DNA of 64,000 bases from Schmidtea polychroa (Eukaryota), in the NCBI GenBank assembly GCA_044892525.1, contig CM097885.1, positions 140,306,001 through 140,370,000 of the forward strand, in the 5' to 3' direction. Positions 27,046-39,190 of the stretch are shown here, piece by piece (the first letter of the stretch is position 1; every line of letters starts with the position of its first letter). The notes beneath the pieces are model-generated. The model was not told the origin of the DNA and did not search any database. It worked only from the letters and a program-made list of their open reading frames with translations. The position numbers and the translations under genes were made by a program.

Positions 27046-27462
27046 CAGTGCTACTCAAAGTGTGGTACGCGTACCGGTGCCGGTACGCGAAGAGATTTTC
27101 AAAGGAAAATAAACAAATGTAAAATTACATGCCATGAGAAACAGGTGGGTCATGTGACTGATTATACATTCATTATATGTTTCTAGTATAAATGAATACT
27201 ATTACGAATGTTCAATTAATATTTTCTTGGGTCATAAACAATTAATTAAATGGCACAAATAAGCTACCGATTACTGGCACAATGGGAAGACTTGCATGAC
27301 AATGATTAGTGATCTTAAATTGAATAAGACTTCATGTCAACATGATTAGTCGTCGCTTTTTTTCCCATTTCCCTCTTGCGATAGCTAGATTGGCTAGTCG
27401 GTCCCTGTCGAATAAAAAAAACATCTGCCGGTACGCCACATCAGAAAGTTTGAGAAGCACTG
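27046..27462. mobile_element. hAT-family MITE (417 bp)
   Basis: TIRs CAGTGCTACTCAAAGT / AGTTTGAGAAGCACTG; 8-bp TSD ATCTAGAG. Confidence 0.92.
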
Positions 27463-27568
27463 ATCTAGAGTGTCACAAGAGAAGCGAACTATATAAGGGA
27501 AAACAAGTTGACATGAAATTGGAATAAGATTAGAGACAAAAGTGACGCGAAATTGAAACAATTTGGAA

Positions 27569-27620
27569 GACGATTTGAGAGACAATTTGAGAGACAATTT
27601 GAGAGACGATTTGAGAGATA
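27569..27620 (+). repeat. 12-bp tandem repeat (gagac(a/g)atttga, ~4 copies)
   Basis: Read directly from the sequence. Confidence 0.85.
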
Positions 27621-28926
27621 AAATTATTGAAGAAAATTAGACGTTGAATGAAACGTTGTTGGACAAACGATTTGTCAAAAATAATTGTAAAGGAAATAAT
27701 TGTGGAGAATAATTATTGGAGAAGAGTTGAAGAAAAGAATTAGTTGAAAAATAAAACGAAAAGAAGTTATTTGATTATTTGAATAAAGTTGTGAAGAAAA
27801 TCAAAGAAAACAACCAGCTCAAAATCCCAGTTTAGAAACCAATCAGTAATTTGTGATCTTTTAATCCGGTGTCATACATAAGTACTATTCCTCACCGAGT
27901 GTTGTAATAAGCATTGTATAGTCACCAAGCAGAGAGTTGAATTGATTGTCAGTGTAAAGAGAAAGTTTATTTGTGATTATCAATAAAGATTTTTGTTGTC
28001 AAGTGTTATTTGTGAATCGTATAAAGACACATTTGGGGTCAGAGTAACATTTAAAATTATCACTAATTCAATAACCCAACACTATTAATGTTAGTTAATA
28101 ATTTTCTGCGAAATGTACGAACTTTCAATCTCGGCATTTATATTTAAATTTACGATAAAAGAAAATTTTTTAAAGGTTAGGCTGAATAGAACTTAGTTCG
28201 TCGAGTAAAATTCATGATCGATAATGTTCCGTGCAACTGGGTATTCGACTGTGTATTTATTTCAAGATTATATAATTGAAATTCGTAAAAATTGTGTTTA
28301 CCTTCGTTTTCTCAAGTCGAATTAAAATACTCCTGCATGATCATCAGTTATTTCCGGTGTTTATATCAATGTTCATTAGGTGGATGTCGAAAAACTGCAC
28401 TCTGAACCGACGAATACGTTTCAATGAAATTATGGTGGACATCAAATGTCTATGTTATAGGTTCTCCTGGCCTACCCTTATGTGAGATATGAAATTAATT
28501 TGTCGCCGAATTATCTTATGTTACGAATGTACAAAAACTGAACTGGTGGGTTACTGGTGGTTGAATGTTTAAGTGCTGTTACCAGCGTAACCCAGCATAC
28601 AACATTGTTTTCCTCTTGGTACCCGTTGAGCGTTCAACGTTGGTACTGTACCAAGGGGTTGAGTACTCGCAAAAAGTGAGCGCGTTAAGAGCACTATAAT
28701 TGTCAAGTACTCTATGGGTTCACGGACGCCGATAGAAGGCACGTGTCCGATTTGTTTCGGTCCCTCATCGAGATTGTTTTCCCAAACGCCTTTCTGTCGA
28801 CCATCTTGTTCTAGACAATCGCAAAGTTTAATCACATACTCATTAGACAACAAGAATCATTTATTTAACCACTACTATATTACAAGGTCTGTTTTACTCA
28901 GGAGGGGTCGCACTCTCAAATATTCC

Positions 28927-29366
28927 TCAGGATCGTGGAGTGGCTGCAGGCTCTTTCAATTTTTCTTGCTCGGCCAGCCAGGCCCTTTTCAATTTGTCTC
29001 GGGCATTCCGCCCTAGCCGTTTACGTTTCGGCTTGCTTGTCTGGGCTGGTGGGTATATCTTGGCAAGCTCCACGGGAAGTGGGCGAATCTGCTCACAAAG
29101 AGTGTCATGGATGAACCTTTCGTTCAGTTTGCTCTCGAGCGAGCGCACTTGTATCTTCAGTGCTCAGATTTCGAGTTGGTCCTGCTCCGCCTGGGTCTGG
29201 AGTTGCGAGATGTGGGTTGTCCGTTTCTTCATCTCAGCCGGACTGAACCAAGTACCTTCGAGCTCCCGGCATTTGACCTTGAGCTTCTCGACCCTACTTC
29301 GAAGGTCTTCGGCTTGTTGCTGGGCCCGTTCGCGGTCCTTACGTAGGTTTTCGAGCAACTGGTACA
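28927..29366 (-). pseudogene. LEGTWFSPAxMK coiled-coil ORF (relative of 47419-48168) with one internal stop
   Basis: ELEGTWFSPAEMK vs ELEGTWFSPAQMK, and KPKRKRLGRNAR vs KPKRRQLSRAER. Begins at the splice acceptor ttttcattcag| (29367-29368). Confidence 0.7.
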
Positions 29367-29691
29367 CTGAATGAAAACAATAATAAAATTCCATTGCTCG
29401 CTGTCATGTGCGTAAAGGTGATTCGATTAGTTGCGTAAAATTAATAGATGAAGGATGGGGCAGGTCACCCCGATCCTGAAGACACCCCATAAACTATAAG
29501 GCCCAAATACAATCACAGAGAAAATAATTTAGTATATGAGGAAGACACATGACCAAATATAATATTAACAATTTTAATAAAGTAAAAATTCTACAATTTG
29601 TCGTATCAACTACTAATGAAGTCAAACACAATCACAATAACATTATGTCAGATTGATCACATAGTTTGTTTAAGCCACCACCGCCGTCGGA

Positions 29692-30192
29692 TTAGGCAGG
29701 GTTCTTCCGGGGCCTTCCTCGTTTCCTCGGAGGTGCCTCGACCTCTTCTAACTCTTCCAGGGGCACCCCTTCCCTTTCTGCCCTGATCTGCAGGTCTATC
29801 TTCTTAAGCCGGGTCTGAGCGGCTTCCACGTCCCAGGCCGCTTGATCTTGGGCCTCCTGCAACCGGTTATTCTCCGGTTCCACCTTCACCCATGCCGGGG
29901 CATCTGCTTCGGGGCCTTGTCGGATCACTCTACCTGCGCAGTCCAGATCCCGTCCCTGACACCACCGATGAATATGGTACCAAATGTACCGAGTGCGGAG
30001 TCGGGTGATCGTCCATCGCTCGTCCTCTTCGATGCTGCTGCTATCGTTGGATTGTGTCATGCCTGGAGGATAACCGTTAAAACCCATGTTTAACCAACGT
30101 AACTTACAAATTGTCGTTAGGATAAAATATATCGAAATAAATAACACATTAATGATCAAGTTTACTACAATTGATATAACTGCTTTTAGCAT
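29692..30192 (-). CDS. Unknown protein of the ITRLRTRxIWY family with a C-terminal AT-hook-like/NLS motif (RKRGRPRK); probable start MGFNG
   Basis: Homology to 11169-11777; PPRKRGRPRKNPA at the C-terminus. Confidence 0.6.
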   Translation of the reverse strand: MLKAVISIVVNLIINVLFISIYFILTTICKLRWLNMGFNGYPPGMTQSNDSSSIEEDERWTITRLRTRYIWYHIHRWCQGRDLDCAGRVIRQGPEADAPAWVKVEPENNRLQEAQDQAAWDVEAAQTRLKKIDLQIRAEREGVPLEELEEVEAPPRKRGRPRKNPA

Positions 30193-31051
30193 AAAAATTT
30201 TTTTTTGTTTATATATTTCATCGATATAATTTTTAACTACTTAAATTAAACAGGATTTTATCCAAATTAGGCGTTAATAATTATCATCATCACTCTTGTT
30301 TGTGGCTTTTTATTTCCGTTGTTTTATTGCAGTAATCGTTATCAAGGTTACGCAATAATTTCCAAATGCGATAATTTTAGTCAGCATGAATAAAACAAAG
30401 GAAATGAATTCAGGTATTTAATGTTTATGTCTTAAATTTTTCAATAATAGTTTAGTGATATTAGTAGTTGGCCCAAATCTCGAATCAGTTACTATCGACC
30501 AATAATATACTATGGTACCTCACATGAACAAAGATAGCTTGAAGATGCTAAGGAGAAAATTTGGCGATTGCCTTGACAATCGAGTTTAAAGGGATATTGA
30601 GTTTTTGTTTGTTCCAAGGGCACTCATGCCCACAATCTCTCTTTACCGGGCACAGCTTACTCAAAGAGGAATGTAGTGATTGTGATTGGCTATCAAGTAC
30701 TAATGTACTACAGTAATCTGCAAGTCGTTGAACCGGGCGCAAAACTTGAAACGGAGGACAAAGAACAATCCAAGGCTCTCCAACCACAAGAAATGCAATT
30801 CCTTGGGATGATCCCGCAATTGAGCCCTAAGGACTTTGGTATCATGTGGCTCATAGAAAAACAGTATAAAGAAACTTAGTGATTCGATTAATAAACTCCG
30901 TTTGAAATTTTTTGTTTTGATTTGATTTTATGATAAAGTTAATCTTCCTGGTAAAGTAATAAATTATTTTAACGAAAATGCTTTGATTACTTCTAATTTT
31001 AAATTTCCGGGAAATTCCCAAATCGATATCAGATCAATGAATAATGTTAGT

Positions 31052-31190
31052 NNNNNNNNNNNNNNNNNNNNNNNNNNNNNNNNNNNNNNNNNNNNNNNNN
31101 NNNNNNNNNNNNNNNNNNNNNNNNNNNNNNNNNNNNNNNNNNNNNNNNNNNNNNNNNNNNNNNNNNNNNNNNNNNNNNNNNNNNNNNNNN
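31052..31190. other. Assembly gap followed by an (AAT)n-like microsatellite to ~31290
   Basis: N run, then aataatagtaatgatgatgataat repeats. Confidence 0.95.
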
Positions 31191-33517
31191 ATGATAATAA
31201 TATTAAAAATAACAGTAATAATGGTAATAATAGTAATGATGATGATAATTTTAGTAATAATAATAGTGATGATAGGGCTAATAATAATAGTGGTATAGTT
31301 TTCTATTTTACAATTCGAGGTTCTTATTTCCTAATTTTAGAAATTCTTCTTTTACAATTTAGGAAGTTACCTTTACAAGTTAAGGATTTCTGTTTATAAT
31401 TCAACATTTATATTTTACCATTTACGAATTTCTACTTTACAGTTTCTAGTTATATATATCTCAGTTTATAGTTTACTACTTTGCGACTTTCTATTTTGTA
31501 TTTTATCATTTTATAATCTCTGCTTCATGTTTCATAATTTATAAATTTATGTTTGATAATTCTTAATTTTCTGATTTTCAATTCATACTTTACATTTTAC
31601 AAATTTATAATTTACATTTTCTAATTTTGATTTCATAAGTTATATTTTTGATTTAGAAATTTATACTTTATGATTTATAAATTTTCTTTTCACTATTTAT
31701 AGTTTTATATTTTATACCTTTGGCACTGATAACTATATACTAAATACGGAACTATAATCTAGATTTTGGTCCGGTGTCGATTAGACACCTATCTGAAATG
31801 TGAAGTCAGGGTTGCTAATTTGGGTGTTTATAAATTCTACGTCCCCACGGAGTGCAAACTTTTGGTTTACAACTCATACGTTCTATGTAACCTACAATAA
31901 TTGCAAGATAACTGAAACAATTAATCGATTTCTTGTTCCTTTAATCCAGGATGCGGGGATGTACAACTACGTCACCGAGTGACTCACAAATTTGTATTTT
32001 ACATCAACTACCTGATTGGTCTACTGATCGTCTAGCATGATTACACGTTACCAAAAATAGATTTCTTAGCATGCGTATTATATCGATCGTTTGGTTCCCT
32101 AGTAAATTTTGTATAATTCCTAAGCTGTAATTTATAATGATTAAACAGGTTCGTCGTAATGCTTCCGAAAACGTCTTTATGGATATTTTTTGGTTCAGAA
32201 AATTTTGGGTTATCAGGACTCTCGAGATCGTAATAATGCAATACCCAATATAACATTTGGAATGCCAGCTGCTTTATTGAATTCTCTATGGATTTATAAA
32301 ACCGACTCGCTTCAGGCTGTTCGTCGGATTTGGAAAGCGACCTCACCGATGCAATTGGAAGTAATAAAGAATGACATCGCACTCACTCAACCCCAGTCAC
32401 AGATGTCCACATTGAACGTTTTATGTATGCAAGTGATTTCAATGATAATTAGGACCTTTCATAAATTTTTCATGTAAATAAAGTATTTCGATGGTAAATT
32501 TTGTCCAAGTTATTTGCACATAATTATTTGGGTTCACCTTGTAGTATGGGCATATACTTTTGGGCATGAGTGTATTTTGTTAATTGTTCTACACAAGGAT
32601 TTTTTCTTTTAATAAGTGGGACGAAGTTTCCTTTTATTTTAAAACATTGATAAAATAAAAATTATAATCAAAAGGTCTTTTAGAAGAATTAGAAAGTAAA
32701 TAAAACTAATTTATCATCTGAAAATTTGAATAATTATTATAATTAAGAGTCAAATAAGATTAGGTGTCTGGTTTATACATTTCTAAATCATAAGTAAAAA
32801 TCATAGAATCAGAGGTTATACTTCGGAATTTACAGCAAATATGACCTAAACATTTCGAGATTATATACCCAGTTGAAATATCAAACTAAAGTTATATTTT
32901 GGATATTCAGCCAAATTATAGTTCATAATCAATTACATGTTTAAGGAAATGTATAATACTACGTTATAATTTAGATATGTATAAATTATCGATGGAGGGA
33001 ATAGAAATTATCATTATACCTTTTGACACTCGTGAATTATATTTTTATATAAAAACTCTAGTTTCCAATTTAGGGGTGGTGTATTTAGGTAGCTTATAAG
33101 ATTCCCTTGTACATTTCTACATTATATTTTAAAATTGGATTTCGTAATTTAATAAAGTTGTATTTTATCAATTGATACTATTATATAAAATACTTTATAT
33201 TTTTAACGATGATACAAAGTTATGTTTCTAATTCAATATTTGTAGAGTATAATTTAAGTATAACCTAAAATTATATTCATTCTTTAGTATCATAGTATCT
33301 TCATACTTTATATTATAAATAAGACATGAAGTATATTTCATAATGTGAGATTTATAAATTATATTTTTAAGTGCAGTATAAAATTATATTTAATATTTAT
33401 AAATTATACTTCTAAGCAAAGTTATTTTCATAATTTATGAACATCTAGCATTTTTAAATTACGTTTTTAAGCCCATTAACAAGACATATTTCATAAACGA
33501 AGGCAATACATATTTAT

Positions 33518-36500
33518 TAGGGTGGGTCGAATGTTAATAAATTTTGAGTTCAAGAAAGGAAACATGGTTAAAAAGTTGTATTTTGGTATAGAAAAATCGA
33601 ATCAAACCATTTTACTTAGATTTATGGACATTTACTGCTCCCAACTTTTCTCCGAAAATGCAGTTCAACATAAGTGTGAAAACAATGTAATTTGGCTAGT
33701 GTCGGAATGTGTTTTGCGCCTTTGTCCATATTTAGATGTAGCTTTCTTAAGAGCTTATAAGTATATTATTTACTCTCTTGGGCTGAGATAGTATATTCTG
33801 TGTCCTCATCCCGCATTGAAATATATCCTGACAACGTCAGTGATTAGGAAGGGCCAAATTTGAATTATCCTTTTCAAAGACAAAAATCAACTTTCGAAAT
33901 TATTTTTTATTAAAAACATCCAGCCAAAAGTTTAGAAATGTATTAGCGAGGGCATAAAAAGAAGTCACATGAAATCAGCTTTGCTTTGCACCTTGGGCAA
34001 TTCCTTCCTTGATTTTTTACACAGTAGTACCATACCATGTCTGGACTTGTGACCAAACACTTTGCAACTGGCAGAAGAAACATCTTTGATGGCTCTTTCA
34101 ACGGCTTGAGAATGACAGGGAAATTGTTCTAATGTAATTTTCTTATTCATCTTCAATTCATGATCCAATATATGAGATAAAAGAGGGGGAGGCGTCAAAT
34201 TACATTTTGTCCAGTCAATCATGTCAGCATATGATGTAGCAGACGACTGAAGAAAGACAGTATTCTTGTCCATAGTGCGAATCACTTCGGAAGGGAGAAA
34301 ATTTTGTCTTGCAGTTATGATTTTTTCTGTTGCAAACTTTCTGATTTCTTCATCATCATCACCAACAGCAGCTAGGAGTATATTTTCTGGATGTGAGAAG
34401 TAATTGTTGTTCTGAATGACAGGAAAGATGATTTCTTGGTCTGATGGATCCAAATCCTGCAGAAGTTGGAGCATATAAAAAATATTTCTTGCACCATCTT
34501 GGCATGACGAGTGAATCTTTATATAAAACCATGACGGTCCATAGAAATTGACAATAAATTTCACTATTCGCATGAGAGGTTCAGATGGAGCAGTTTCGGA
34601 CATATATAGTCGCAGAATTCTATTAGCTTTCGTTAGCCAGCGACTGTGATTCAAATTTCCTGGTTGTGCCATTTGTAGAAAAGGGACATCCTTGTTGTTG
34701 TGGTACCCTTTCTGGACTGCCAAGCATACTCTGAGGAAATACAATTGATCAGTGTTCAATTCTTTCTTGACATTTTCACTAATATCTACGACCTTTACAG
34801 GAAGGGACATAAAGGCTACTACGGGCTTGTCTTTTGGATCAAAATCAAGAACGCTTCCTATTTCACCACATGACGTTTTTGGACCTTTTGTTTCTCCACC
34901 ATCGACGACTGAAAAATACTTCCTGAATGGCAATTCATTTGCATGCAACAAGCATATCAGCCATTGTAGAGGTCGCCCTAGGCTTTTTTCGAGTCTTCTG
35001 ATTATTCCATTATTTTTTCCGGTGTTTGTATTGGTTCCATCGCACACAATTGCTTGAAGGGTCAGTGAGGACTGCGTGCTAACGATGATTGACATGATTT
35101 CTTTGCCAATATCCACAGCTTTACTACTTTGAGGTACAACATGATCGATATATGTATCCCCTGGAAAGGCGACAATCACATAATGCTCCTCTTTTAGGAT
35201 CCTTCTATGAAGTAAGGTGGAATCTTGTTTCCCGTCGAAACCGAGGCAAATCAAGTTTTTCGCTTCTGCTGAATGCTGTTCAATTTCTCTCTCCCTCCAG
35301 TACTTTCTCTGACGTCGTAATTTTGCGGGATCGATGATTGTTTGAGAGGATAACAGTTCCATATCTTTCAGAAAAGCGTTTACTAGCAAACACGTGTCTC
35401 TGTTGCTCACACCACATCTGTCAACAGCTTTACTTAATTCAGGATAATGTCTTCTATTTTGAAATTCATCACATTCTTCTACGCTTGACTCTGAGCTTTC
35501 TGTTGAATTGTCTAACTTATCTTTACTTTCATCACTAGCGGCTTCACTCTCCGTGTCACTTCTTGAGGTCGGATGTAGATCGTTAACTTCAGTGTCCATT
35601 ATTTCATTTTTCATTTGTTTTCCTTTTCCTGTAGGGCTGCTTTTCGCTTGTTTTCTCTTCAATTTTGAGGTTTCCTGTCTGTCCGTATTTCCGATTTTCA
35701 TGTTTCTGGTAGTTTGTTGGTCAATCCAGAACTCCCACTCTAAGGTAGGAATTTTCAAGGCCAATCGGCATGTACACTGACTTCTTCCACGAGCACCATC
35801 ATTAAAACATTTGCAGCAACATATGTCAAACAATTTGGAAAACGAGCTTAACTTATCTTGAAATTTGGCAGATGACCTCTTGCATACTGGATACTTCTCT
35901 AATTCACGCACTTTTGATATTAGTCGCTTGACACGAACCACAATACTACTGAACTCAACAGTTGGGATACTTGCCTTCATATAAATTTCCTTCACCTTAT
36001 TTGCGAGAAGAGTTGCTTGTTCGTTAAAGCCAGTATGAAATTGCGTACATTTCTCATTGTAACAGTAATCACGAAACACATCTTCACAAGTAGGTAATTG
36101 GTTTCTGGGTAGTTCACAAGTTTGACCAAACAGACAATGACGTGATTTACTTCTTGTTTTGCGAAATTGCTTATTTCTCTGTCCCTTCATAACTGCTCTT
36201 CTGTACTCAGCTCTGGCAAAATAAAAGTGAATCATCAAGTTAACTTTTTTAATTATGTCCAACAAACACTTGACATCCAATCGAAACAAATTAAATTATC
36301 TGAGTTTAGACTGACTAGTAGTATCCATGTGGATTATGTGTTGACTGTAGTGTGTGTGTTAGTATTGTTCAGAAGAAATTGTCTTTGTGAGTGCTTGTGT
36401 GAAGGTGCTTCCGTGAATTAACCTCTCTATACATGCACGCGTTAGCTTGGACTTGTGAATAGAGCATGTCAAAAATGGTCTTTCTGCAAGCGTGTGACTG

Positions 36501-36689
36501 CTTGTAGGATGAATTTACAATGGCACATGTGCGAGCATTTTTACTGGGATAGTACTAATACATACAAACAAAAGTTGGGACCTGTAAACCCTTTTAAACA
36601 GCAGTCTTTTGCAGGGATATTTCATTTTCTAGCATAAGCACAACTTTTTAGGCATGTTTGGAGAAAAAAAAAATTTTCGACCCACCCTA
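33518..36689 (-). mobile_element. Complete hAT-superfamily (hATm-like) DNA transposon
   Basis: 14-bp perfect TIRs TAGGGTGGGTCGAA (33518-33531 and 36676-36689); 8-bp TSD ATATTTAT. Confidence 0.95.
33965..36289 (-). CDS. hATm-like transposase (774-aa ORF; true start may be a downstream Met)
   Basis: GFDGK, CDGTNTNTG...LQWLICLLHANELPFR (CxxH motif) and PCHSQAVERAIK; the ORF is uninterrupted. Confidence 0.9.
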   Translation of the reverse strand: MFRLDVKCLLDIIKKVNLMIHFYFARAEYRRAVMKGQRNKQFRKTRSKSRHCLFGQTCELPRNQLPTCEDVFRDYCYNEKCTQFHTGFNEQATLLANKVKEIYMKASIPTVEFSSIVVRVKRLISKVRELEKYPVCKRSSAKFQDKLSSFSKLFDICCCKCFNDGARGRSQCTCRLALKIPTLEWEFWIDQQTTRNMKIGNTDRQETSKLKRKQAKSSPTGKGKQMKNEIMDTEVNDLHPTSRSDTESEAASDESKDKLDNSTESSESSVEECDEFQNRRHYPELSKAVDRCGVSNRDTCLLVNAFLKDMELLSSQTIIDPAKLRRQRKYWREREIEQHSAEAKNLICLGFDGKQDSTLLHRRILKEEHYVIVAFPGDTYIDHVVPQSSKAVDIGKEIMSIIVSTQSSLTLQAIVCDGTNTNTGKNNGIIRRLEKSLGRPLQWLICLLHANELPFRKYFSVVDGGETKGPKTSCGEIGSVLDFDPKDKPVVAFMSLPVKVVDISENVKKELNTDQLYFLRVCLAVQKGYHNNKDVPFLQMAQPGNLNHSRWLTKANRILRLYMSETAPSEPLMRIVKFIVNFYGPSWFYIKIHSSCQDGARNIFYMLQLLQDLDPSDQEIIFPVIQNNNYFSHPENILLAAVGDDDEEIRKFATEKIITARQNFLPSEVIRTMDKNTVFLQSSATSYADMIDWTKCNLTPPPLLSHILDHELKMNKKITLEQFPCHSQAVERAIKDVSSASCKVFGHKSRHGMVLLCKKSRKELPKVQSKADFM

Positions 36690-36699
36690 ATATTTATAG

Positions 36700-38136
36700 G
36701 TCATAACTTCGACTACTGATTTGAGCCATAGATTTAGAAAATGATTGAGTACTTTCATTTTATTATTTGCGCTTGTCGAACTTCTTTACGAGGATTTTTA
36801 CGTTTACTTCTAGGAAAAATTTTATAGAATTATATATCTCAATGAGGTTCGACAAACTTACAGATATAATCGAGCTTTTTCATGATGTTCAACTGACTAC
36901 GTGTGTTTAGTTTGGGTCTGAGATCTACTCAATTATGATCCTAGTGTGAAACTCTTGTATGAGATTTTTAATGTTGAGTTTAATTATGTTCTACATTCAA
37001 CTCGGGAAGAATGCTTGCTTACACGGCCCCACTGTGACCGCTACGACAAGCCCTACTGTAGTGTTGAGCCGAAACATCGCTGTCGACCGATAAATAAATA
37101 GTTGGAGCCATAGCGGAGGGGTTTTATCGACACAACTCCATGGTAGAACCATGAAGTGGCCGACCTCCGATGACCGAACAAAAAAAAATTTATATAAAGG
37201 ATATTGCATGTCTGCATGTTTCGTTTTAGAAAAATTAACATCAAATGCAGGACTAAATAGAGACGCACTAAGACGCCGCTGATCAGTCGTATTTAAAGAA
37301 AAAATAAAAAAATAGGTCTTAAGGATGTTAAAATGGATTTACATTAAAATAATTACATTAATCATAGGTAAAACATCAATCAAAAAAAAAAAACTTACTA
37401 TTAGTTTTTCGACAAAATTTTCGTCAACAAAATATTGGCATAAAAAGTGATTTCGTGACTGAAACGTGTCAGTATATATACCTATTTTGTACACGTGTAT
37501 GTATTGATGCATTAAAACAAACTCGAATTCTTTTTATTCCAGAATTTTCTATTTCGCGATTTTGATATTTTTAATGGCAATTTTTGTGCCATAATTTTTG
37601 TTTTTATTTTTAAATTTTTATTTTTTAATTATTTTTTGTTAATTTCACGTCCATGATGGATTTGGAACGGTTCCAGAACATTCTATATTACTTTTAATTT
37701 AATTTTTATTTTAACTGATGTTTTTATGAATTTCTTTTTAAGATTTTTTATTTTTATTACCAATTTATTTATTTTTCTAAATTTTATTGTTTAAGGTAGC
37801 TTTTATGATGGTCATCGCCATTTTTATGGAATGTTCTGGGTTTTTTCTGGAATTTTTTACTGTTTTTACCATCTTTTAAGTTATTCGAGTTTGCTTTTTG
37901 TAATTCTATGTTTATTTGGTTATTTTCTAGTTAAATTTTGCATAACTTCTTGCTTTTGTATAATTTTATTTAATTTCTGTGTTTATATTTTTTTTTGTTG
38001 TTTCTCTTTTAATCATTATTGTTTATTTGGTGTAATTTTCATATTTAACTATACTTTTTGCTTTTTGCATGCTGTGTACTTACACATTTCAGTCACAATT
38101 AGAAATTTGGGTCCAGAAGTCAGTTCTAGCCCAACA
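36700..38136 (-). mobile_element. 5' part of a long LTR-like repeat (subfamily 2)
   Basis: Starts TGTTGGGCTAGAAC at 38136; homologous to 4783-5900. The left boundary is approximate (it abuts the hAT element). Confidence 0.65.
37013..37170 (-). ncRNA. Conserved structured cis-RNA candidate (motif 2), second copy
   Basis: Covarying stems relative to 5597-5768. Confidence 0.5.
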
Positions 38137-39190
38137 GAACACTGGCTTGTTATATCCGAAATCTAAATGCTGGCTCAATCTACGAAATTTTTTTATTAGA
38201 CAATTCAATGAGTGGAATTTTTAGTAGTCACCCGTCTAGGATTTTAACGATAGTGGATCCTATTAATAATTTTCTTATTTCTAGTTTTGCTTTTTTATCG
38301 AAAAATATTTTAAAAGAAAGATTGAAAATTGTTTAAACAACAAACAAAAGGAAAGACAAGTTTTGACTGTATAATTTATTAAATAAAATTTATAGAATTA
38401 TCTAGTGATTTCTAAACAAATATTAATGTTTTAACGGATGAGAATCCTAATAATAATTATTAGAAGCTACTAAAACATATTCTAAATTATTTTTTAAATC
38501 CGGTTCAAAAGTTAACGTCATAATTCCAAGTATTTATTTAATGAAATATTGTATAATTTCGAAACAAATTTTCAGCGTTGAATAAAATATTTCAAAAAAC
38601 AATTTATTAAAATTTCGATATTTAAACTATATTTATTTAAAAATGATCCGGTTAAAAAGTTTGTTTAATTTAAAAATTTAAAAATTTCAGTTTAAAAATT
38701 ATTTTCAAAGTTAATTTAAATAGTCAATTATTTATCATTTAAAGTTATCTTAATAATTTTTTGATATATTTAACTCTCAGTTGAAAACACCTCACAATTA
38801 TAGTATACATAATTAGAAAATATCATTTTTACATCAAAACATCATGTCATAAATTGAAAAAAATTTAACAAGTAAATTCTTAAGATTTTCCCAAATAAAA
38901 TACGAAATAAAATTCAAAGCTGGTTTCGGATTTGAAAATTGCTAAATGATTGGAAGTTTTACCTATAAAGATTAGAAAATTAACATTAGTAAATGTAAAT
39001 TGTCATGGCCTTATTTATAGTATTTCCACCAGTGCTTCGTCCAATAGGAATTAAGCAGATGTGTATCTTGGTGGAATTTCTATTTTATTTTTGAATTTTG
39101 CGTTATTTTCTGTGTTTTCTTATTTTTTATTTTTTAATTTACTTTAGTTATTTTCTTTTTGATCTGCTTTATTTTATTTTACTTTAGTTA

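Larger units (their letters stand above)
28577..30200 (-). mobile_element. 3' fragment of a gene-carrying long LTR with two ORFs
   Basis: Ends at TGTTACC (plus strand), the same as 46834. GCCGATAGAAGG at 28728 and AATAAA near 28862. Contains ORFs 29692-30192 and 28927-29366. Confidence 0.7.

Noticed and set aside
26560-28048. Possible solo LTR of another gypsy family (AATAAA then ...GTAACA at 28048)
   Set aside because: No second copy, clear 5' end or TSD in the window.
30548-30879. Cys-containing short ORFs on both strands
   Set aside because: No coherent zinc-finger spacing or homologue in the window.
32041-32382. 113-aa minus-strand ORF, possibly an LTR gene of subfamily 2
   Set aside because: No second copy or motif in the window to support it.
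37040-37070. CAGUG loop suggesting an iron-responsive element (also ~5748)
   Set aside because: The required 5-bp upper stem and C bulge geometry are not met.
37831-38166. F/L/I-rich ORFs (also 4336-4591 and 50535-50774)
   Set aside because: Translations of T-biased low-complexity tracts, not membrane proteins.
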